From positions 180,001-212,000 of the forward strand of contig CAVRAI010000013.1 of NCBI GenBank assembly GCA_963718915.1: 32,000 nucleotides of DNA, written 5' to 3'. The notes beneath the pieces are model-generated. The model had not been told where the DNA came from. It saw nothing but the letters and a program-made list of their open reading frames with translations, and ran no database searches. This document shows, one piece after another, positions 11,994 through 17,803 of the stretch (position 1 is the stretch's first letter; every line of letters starts with the position of its first letter). The position numbers and the translations under genes were made by a program. The stretch is from an uncultured Chloroflexia bacterium (GTDB lineage: Bacteria; Chloroflexota; Ktedonobacteria; Ktedonobacterales; JADMIN01).

Positions 11994-12713
11994 TTATCGA
12001 CGGCCACGCGCGGGCAACTGCCGAAATAGAGGCGTAACCAGCAGAATAGCCAGCAAGAGCGCCACAAGGCCAATTGCTCCCCAGACGAGACGATCCTCTG
12101 CGGCTATGAGCAGCGCCCAACCCAGCAATGTCAGGCCTACTAGCATTACTGATCCTCCCTGAGGAAACCAATTTGCGATGGCAGGCGTTCGCACCCAGCG
12201 GAGCGCTGGAGGCTCCAGTCGTCCCAGCGCGATGCAGAGCCCATAGACGGCGAGGAGTATTCCCGCAAGACTGACCATGGCCATACCGATTGGAATCGCA
12301 CCCTCCTGGTTCGTGTCAAAGGCGGCAAGTGCGAAGCCAGCAATCGCCAGAGACAACAGGAACCAGACGACGGCCACTCCCACTCGATTTGTCCGCTCCG
12401 CAGGACGTTCCAACACTGGGGCTTCGCCTCGCGCCGTCAGTGGATACATCGGATCGTTCGAATGTATACGCACTGTCGACGGCACATGCGCAAGCAGCCA
12501 GATACCACCTCCAAGCGCGGCGAACGCGAGCAACTGGACCAACAAATATGCCCATCTGGATAGTCCCCAGGATTCCAGAGGGAGAAACAGCAGCAGCGGC
12601 AACGCCATCACGCCCGCCAGGCCAATACACCCTATCAGCGTGCCACGAGTAAGGCGATTTGGAAGCGGCCCCTCGGAATCATCCGCCACGAATTGATGCT
12701 GTTCATCATTCAC
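11994..12713 (-). CDS. Hypothetical integral membrane protein (six hydrophobic helices)
   Basis: The ORF track gives 11994..12839. I shorten the start to GTG 12713 because 12713-12839 is covered in another frame by the tail of the HNH reading frame. This GTG overlaps the HNH stop as GTGA. Six hydrophobic segments, e.g. GTLIGCIGLAGVMALPLLLFLPL and VWGAIGLVALLLAILLVTPLF. I recognise no family. Confidence 0.55.
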   Translation of the reverse strand: MNDEQHQFVADDSEGPLPNRLTRGTLIGCIGLAGVMALPLLLFLPLESWGLSRWAYLLVQLLAFAALGGGIWLLAHVPSTVRIHSNDPMYPLTARGEAPVLERPAERTNRVGVAVVWFLLSLAIAGFALAAFDTNQEGAIPIGMAMVSLAGILLAVYGLCIALGRLEPPALRWVRTPAIANWFPQGGSVMLVGLTLLGWALLIAAEDRLVWGAIGLVALLLAILLVTPLFRQLPARGRR

Positions 12714-13071
12714 AATGTGCGCTCGCGATCTCCTGATCCTTCTCTCCAGCAACGCTCTCGCTCCCTCAGCAGACGCTGGAGTAATGCCGTATAGCGGTCC
12801 TGTTGAGCATGGTGGCGGCGGCGCGGATCCCAGCGCCATCCCTTCTCGCCTTTGCAGCGCATGTGTGCAATGCCGAGGTTCTTCAAGTCGTTTGTCCCGC
12901 CGAGGCTACACGGCAGAATATGTTCAATAGTCGCCCCGTCGCCTGTCCGCTCTTCAAAGCATAATGGGCCGCCACAGATGAGGCAACACCCAGTCCATAG
13001 GCTAACATGCGGGCAAACTTGGCAGCAGTCTCCCTAAAACGCCGCATCAGGTCAGCATGTGACCGTGACAC
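12710..13071 (-). pseudogene. HNH endonuclease. The motif-bearing frame (12710-13033) has no canonical start, and an apparent 1-nt frame break separates it from a GTG-initiated upstream frame (13071).
   Basis: Hand translation of the minus strand 13033->12710 gives GDCCQVCPHVSLWTGCCLICGGPLCFEERTGDGATIEHILPCSLGGTNDLKNLGIAHMRCKGEKGWRW...RTL*. This is a CxxC ... (E/D)H-I-x-P-x-S-x-GG ... N-L ... H-x-x-C pattern, as in HNH nucleases. A TAG at 13034-13036 closes this frame upstream. The first ATG/GTG/TTG in the frame lies after the EH motif. The neighbouring frame (track ORF 12883..13071, MSRSHADLMRRFRETAAKFARM...) could supply the N-terminus if one base is missing near 12995-13033. Confidence 0.55.
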
Positions 13072-13115
13072 AGGCTACTCCAGTTGCACATTGTGCCTGG
13101 TAGCGCAACTCAGGG

Positions 13116-13520
13116 CTAATCACCAACATCACCGTCTGGCCGGTAGTGGGGATCGAACTGCTGTCGTCGCCGGTTCTCGTCGTTCTTCTCGATATAGGCC
13201 TCATAGATCTCTTTGGCAGAGAACCCCTGATCGAGCGCGAGTTGCACGAAAAAATGGAAAATATCGGCCATCTCGAAGAGGCGCTCCTCCCGGTTCGTCG
13301 CAAGATCGCGGGAATTCTTCCATGGCTTCCAGTTCAGCTCATTATCCAATTCGCAACACTCGTGGACAATAGCGCGTGTCCACGTTGTGCAGCGATCCAG
13401 CGGTGGCCAGCTGTAGAAGCCATCGGGTCTCATCGTCTGATAATAGGTGGCCAAGTCCGCCTGGCGCGCAAACACATCGGCCAGCGTGTCCTCACCAGTC
13501 GCATGCTCATCAGAAGTCAT
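13116..13520 (-). CDS. All-alpha NTP pyrophosphohydrolase, dimeric dUTPase-like (dUTPase_2 / MazG-like superfamily)
   Basis: ELDNELNWKPWKNSRD ... REERLFEMADIFHFFVQLAL ... YIEKNDENRRRQ matches the WKxWK / E-x-x-D-x-x-H-F / KN-x-x-N-x-x-R pattern I associate with dimeric dUTPases. I prefer ATG 13520, which has GGGAG 6 nt upstream, over the track start at 13541. Confidence 0.6.
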   Translation of the reverse strand: MTSDEHATGEDTLADVFARQADLATYYQTMRPDGFYSWPPLDRCTTWTRAIVHECCELDNELNWKPWKNSRDLATNREERLFEMADIFHFFVQLALDQGFSAKEIYEAYIEKNDENRRRQQFDPHYRPDGDVGD

Positions 13521-13705
13521 GGCATTCTCCCGCACTAGCATTCCACTATCATTTGTATGGTACTCTATTACACATCCAGAGGACCTTGGCGCGTAACCTA
13601 CATCCGTACCTTTCCTGAGAGACTACGGGAAGCAAGAACCTTCCAGCCCAATCACAACTGGCGAAAGGCCTGCAAGACTTCCGGTATCCGAAGGGAGGAT
13701 GGAGC

Positions 13706-14293
13706 GTGGCGCTCCATAAAGCGCGGACAGCTGAGAACAGATCGATGCAGGCAAATAAGCCTCCCAATCCCAAGCAAGATTCAGAACGGCTTCAGAGCCT
13801 TTACGAAGACAATTTGCATGTGATCTATCGCTTCATCTACAGCAAGGTTGGCAATCGGGAAGAAGCGGAAGATCTGACGTCGCAGGTCTTCATCAAGGCA
13901 GTGCGAAGCATCGACAGCGCGCGGGGAACAGCAAGCATTCAGAGCTGGCTTTTCCAGGTCGCACGCACCACAATTGCGGATCACTGGCGTTCATTTTATC
14001 AGTTGCGCGCCCACTCGCTCGACGACCTATTAGAAGCTGGATGGGAAGGGCCCGCGGAAAATCAACCGATGCCCGCATCAGCAACACCACAAGACCGCGT
14101 CAGGCGCCTGCTCGATCAATTGCCCGAACACTATCGTGATGTATTGACGTATCGCTTCCTGCTGAATCTTTCCATCAAGGAAACGGCTGTTCGCATGGGT
14201 CTCTCCGAGGCGAATGTCAAGGTGTTGCAGTTTCGCGCCCTGAAAAAGGCTGGGCGCCTGGAACTAGAAGGAGTCCAGCAGGTTGCCGAGTAA
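13706..14293 (+). CDS. RNA polymerase sigma-70 family ECF sigma factor
   Basis: Sigma-2 region LYEDNLHVIYRFIYSKVGNREEAEDLTSQVFIKAV. Sigma-4 HTH LPEHYRDVLTYRFLLNLSIKETAVRMGLSEANVKVLQFRALKKA. GGGAGG lies 8 nt upstream of GTG 13706. Confidence 0.9.
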   Translation: MALHKARTAENRSMQANKPPNPKQDSERLQSLYEDNLHVIYRFIYSKVGNREEAEDLTSQVFIKAVRSIDSARGTASIQSWLFQVARTTIADHWRSFYQLRAHSLDDLLEAGWEGPAENQPMPASATPQDRVRRLLDQLPEHYRDVLTYRFLLNLSIKETAVRMGLSEANVKVLQFRALKKAGRLELEGVQQVAE

Positions 14294-14365
14294 GACACGC
14301 GTCTGCACTTGCAAATCGTATGCTCATGCGGCTGGTGGCGCCAGTCTGCGATAGCTGGAGCACTG

Positions 14366-15181
14366 ATGGGATCTCATGACGACGATGACAACTTAATACC
14401 GCCAGACCAGGCAAAAGTTCCTTCCGCCGACACCGTGGAGCAGTACCTGCGACTGCACGAGCATATCGAGCAACTACGCCAGGATAAACGGCCAACACCG
14501 CCCGGCAAGCTGACACCCGACGAAGCACGCACCTATCAGGCCGCGGCGCTCTTCCGTGCGGCGACTCCTGGCGCGGATGAGCCTGACCCTGAATTCGTCA
14601 CGTCGTTGCGCGCCCGTTTGGAGCAAGAGATTGCCACGCCCCCAACCACCAGGGCGCTGCGAGTCGCGCGCGGCCGTGTCTCACGTCGCGGATTGCTCGC
14701 TGGCGGCATCGGCGCAGCGGCCGCAGCGGCGATTGGCGTGGCTGTTGGTTCGACGCTGCCACATGCAACAAGCCCGACCGCGAAGTGGACGACGCTCATT
14801 GGTCAGGGCAATGGCATCTGGCAGGCCGTAGCCACCACGGAGGAGATCCCGGTTGGTGGAGTAAAGCGTTTCGTCACCGACGCGGTTGTCGGCTTTGTGC
14901 GGCATACCAGCGATGGCTATCTCGCGCTCTCTGGCGCATGCACCCACATGGGCTGCCTGCTTAACTGGAATGCCGGAGCACGCACGTTCGACTGTCCATG
15001 CCACGGCGGTCGCTTCACCGAGACTGGCATGTCCGCGCCCAGTTCAACGGTCGCGTATAATCCACTACCATCGATCCAGACCAAAGTCGAAGACGGCATG
15101 GTATGGGTCTACGTTGCCGCAGCGCCGCCGCCCGACAGCCTGCCAACACCTGATGGCACGGATGGCTACCCTACCCGGTAG
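14366..15181 (+). CDS. Tat-signal Rieske [2Fe-2S] domain membrane protein with a ~100-aa cytoplasmic N-terminal extension
   Basis: Rieske cluster ligands CTHMGC (14939-14956) and CPCHGGRF (14992 onward). Twin-arginine/TM segment VSRRGLLAGGIGAAAAAAIGVAVG. I prefer ATG 14366 (GGAG upstream; MGSHDDDDNL...) to the TTG at 14309 in the track. Confidence 0.85.
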   Translation: MGSHDDDDNLIPPDQAKVPSADTVEQYLRLHEHIEQLRQDKRPTPPGKLTPDEARTYQAAALFRAATPGADEPDPEFVTSLRARLEQEIATPPTTRALRVARGRVSRRGLLAGGIGAAAAAAIGVAVGSTLPHATSPTAKWTTLIGQGNGIWQAVATTEEIPVGGVKRFVTDAVVGFVRHTSDGYLALSGACTHMGCLLNWNAGARTFDCPCHGGRFTETGMSAPSSTVAYNPLPSIQTKVEDGMVWVYVAAAPPPDSLPTPDGTDGYPTR

Positions 15182-15192
15182 GGCCACACGCA

Positions 15193-16639
15193 TCACGCGC
15201 GGAGACGCGATGGCAAGATGCCCAATGACTCGCGATACTTGGCCACAGTCCGGCGGGCCAGATGGATCCCCATCTCGTCCAGACGCCCTGCCAGAACCTC
15301 ATCACTGAATGGCCTGGTTGCCTTCTCCTCGGCAATCAACTCGCGCAGATAGTCTTTTGCGGCGAGCGATGCATCGAAGAAATCGTCGAATGCAACCGTG
15401 CGCCCTTCTGGCAAAAAGACGTATTTACCGGCGGTAGCGCGGCTCACGGTGGACTCGTGCAGTTCGACGTGCTCCGCCAGTTGTCCACGCGTGAGCGGCC
15501 TGAGAAAGCGAACACCCCGCTCAAGAAATTCCGCCTGAAAGTGTATGAGCGCATTTGAGATGGTCGCGAGCGTCTCCCAGCGTTGACGCATGCAGGTCAT
15601 GAAGAACCGTGTCCTGGTCACGTATTCGCGAACATGCCGTTTGCCAGCCTCATCAAGCCCCGCCGACGACTCATGGTGTGATTTCGATTGCCGATACAGA
15701 GTCCGATACATGCTGCTTATACTGAAATTGAACCGGCGCATTTCGACCACTTCGGCTTCGAATCCGTTTGCCATCTTGCGGATTACGACATCAGGCCTGA
15801 TAACCATACTTCGCTCGGCCGGTGTTGTCAGGCCCTGGCCTGGGACATCACCTGATTCAAATGCATGGGTAGGATAGGGATTGAGATTGGAGCGGATGAA
15901 TTGCCACGCCCTTATCACCTCAGGGGCCGTGACGCCTATCTCATGCGCAATCTCGGAAAACCTGCCGCTCGCCCAGTTCGCGCATATAATCCACTACAAG
16001 CCTTGGCGCTAGCGGAGATACCTCGTTACGCGCTGAGAGGTGACAGAGTTGGATGCGAAGACACTCGCCAAGGTCGCGCGCTCCGATGCCTGGCGGATCA
16101 AGCGATTGGAGCAGCGAAAGCGCCATCTCAACCCGCCTGGGCGGCGCCGACAGCGCCTCGGCGACTTCTTCGACTGATACCGTCAGGTAACCATGCGCAT
16201 TGAGGCTGCCAATGAGAAACTCGACGATTGGATAGTCCTCGTCCGAGACCGATGCCCCAAGCTGGCGCAAGAGATACTCGTACAGGGTCGCCCCGGAACC
16301 GACCAAATCGAGTGGATCATATTCACCCTCGTCGCTGGCGGACGTAGCATTACGCAGATCGCCATACTCGTCCCATCCAGCAACCTCACCCCAACTGTCG
16401 CCTGTATGCTCGGCATACTGGTCACACTTGGGACAAAGACCAGCACCTAGATTGGTACCACATCGCTGACACTGGACGACCTCCTCTACCTCCAGCGCTG
16501 GATTTTCAGCGAGTTCCCGCGCAATAGCTTCCTCTAACTCTTGCGCAGAGTATTGCAGCATGGTGATCGAGGCGATCAACTTCGCCGAGATGTTGACGCC
16601 ATGTTGTTGCGACGGCAATTGTAACTGGTCAAGGATCAT
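15193..16639 (-). pseudogene. rpoN: RNA polymerase sigma-54 factor, split into two ORFs (16639->15941 and 15918->15193) by a single-base frame shift
   Basis: The upstream ORF has region I (MILDQLQLPSQQHGVNISAKLIASITMLQYSAQELEEAIARELAENPALE) and the core-binding domain (LQSLDPPGIGARDLGECLRIQL). The downstream ORF has HESTVSRA and the RpoN box ARRTVAKYRESLGI. The downstream frame is already open from 15994. It reads FSEIAHEIGVTAPEVIRAWQF across the gap, continuous with ...DYMRELGERQ in the other frame. Confidence 0.85.
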
Positions 16640-16704
16640 TCAGCACACCCCTGCCTGTTACCAGGTATCATCGGCTATCCACGTGCGCACTGACGCCGCT
16701 AACG

Positions 16705-17052
16705 CTAGCCGATGCCAAGTTCCCATCGGGCATCTTCGGTCATCTTGTCAGGAGTCCACGGTGGGTCAAAGGTAAGGGTAACATTAACATGTTCGACGCC
16801 CGACACCTGCCGCACGTGATCCTCGACATCGGCCATGACTTCTGGAGCCACAGGGCATCCAATCGCAGTTAACGTCATCAGCACATCGATGCTGTTATCT
16901 TCAATACGAACGTTATAGACCAACCCCAGATCAACGATGTTGACTGGTATTTCAGGGTCGTAGACATCGCGTAGTTGCTCGAATATCTGCGCAGGCTCGA
17001 TAGTTGTCTCACCTACGATTTCGTACTTTTCAACCTCGTCGGCCATCGACAT
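16705..17052 (-). CDS. DUF59 / SufT-like Fe-S cluster assembly protein (MIP18 family)
   Basis: 115 aa. LRDVYDPEIPVNIVDLGLVY ... MTLTAIGCPVAPEV ... FDPPWTPDKM is the typical DUF59 pattern. Confidence 0.85.
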   Translation of the reverse strand: MSMADEVEKYEIVGETTIEPAQIFEQLRDVYDPEIPVNIVDLGLVYNVRIEDNSIDVLMTLTAIGCPVAPEVMADVEDHVRQVSGVEHVNVTLTFDPPWTPDKMTEDARWELGIG

Positions 17053-17152
17053 GTCTCCTCAAATGCGCCTATTACGCCTCTGGGTCGGTTAGTTCACCAG
17101 CGGCCAGACAGACGCAGGCCGCATAATTGCACTATACTCCAATCCGACCAAA

Positions 17153-17779
17153 CTATCCAAGTCTGGCAAGGAAGGCAGCGAAACTACCCTCACCTTGCTC
17201 CGCGTGCCTCTTGAGTTCATCCATGGCCACGCGCAAAGCAGGGGTTACCGGCAAATCTCCGCGTATGATGCCATCCCACACAGCACTTACAGAGAATAGC
17301 TCTCCGCCATCAGTCTCGACTGGATGAAATTGATATGGTCCGTTCGACATGGTGGCATAGAGCGCAGTAAATTCTGTCTCTGGCTCTGACTGGACAAGCG
17401 CTTTGCCGAGATACGTCAGCGGGACAGAGATGCCTAGTTCTTCGGCCAGTTCTCGCACAGCGGTGGCCGCGTAATCTTCCCCGCTCACAACGTGGCCAGA
17501 GGCTGACGCACAGTAATATCCTGGGAACATATCTTTGCTTGCCGAGCGGCGCTGCAACAACAGTCGACCATCCTGGGTGAAGACAAGAATCTGTACGCTG
17601 CGGTGAATGAGCGTGGGATTCCGATGCGCTTCGCCTCGACGCACCTGCCCAATGACATGATCGTCGAGATCAACGAGGTCGAAAATTTCGTCGGGATCGT
17701 CCAGTGGCTGACCGGGGACTGAAGCATCGGAATTGTTTGGCGGCATCGGCATAAAAACCCTCCGCCCTAATTCTATCAT
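17153..17779 (-). CDS. NUDIX hydrolase (isopentenyl-diphosphate-isomerase-like subfamily)
   Basis: Complete Nudix box GHVVSGEDYAATAVRELAEELGI (G-x5-E-x7-REUxEExGU). The preceding HRSVQILVFTQDGRLLLQRRSASKDMFPGYY resembles IDI-type Nudix proteins. Confidence 0.8.
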   Translation of the reverse strand: MIELGRRVFMPMPPNNSDASVPGQPLDDPDEIFDLVDLDDHVIGQVRRGEAHRNPTLIHRSVQILVFTQDGRLLLQRRSASKDMFPGYYCASASGHVVSGEDYAATAVRELAEELGISVPLTYLGKALVQSEPETEFTALYATMSNGPYQFHPVETDGGELFSVSAVWDGIIRGDLPVTPALRVAMDELKRHAEQGEGSFAAFLARLG

Positions 17780-17803
17780 TCGGCCCGGTTCAGCCAGCGA
17801 ATC

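Noticed and set aside
12713-12839. The N-terminal 42 codons of track ORF 11994..12839 (MALGSAPPPPCSTGPLYGITPASAEG...).
   Set aside because: This segment overlaps the C-terminal part of the HNH-motif frame and looks like off-frame low-complexity sequence. A GTG at 12713 forming GTGA with the HNH stop is a more economical start. The shortened start is still unproven because no good Shine-Dalgarno sequence is present.
13600-13705. ECF-type autoregulated promoter (GGAAC-N16/17-CGTC) upstream of the ECF sigma gene.
   Set aside because: Only a partial AGAACC (about 13636) is present, without a matching -10 element at the right spacing.
15181-15193. Convergent gene ends with very short gaps of 11-15 nt and no terminator hairpin (Rieske/rpoN at 15181-15193; CHAP/ABC ATPase at 25466-25482).
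   Set aside because: This is real but unremarkable in compact GC-rich genomes. There is no structure or motif in the gaps to interpret.
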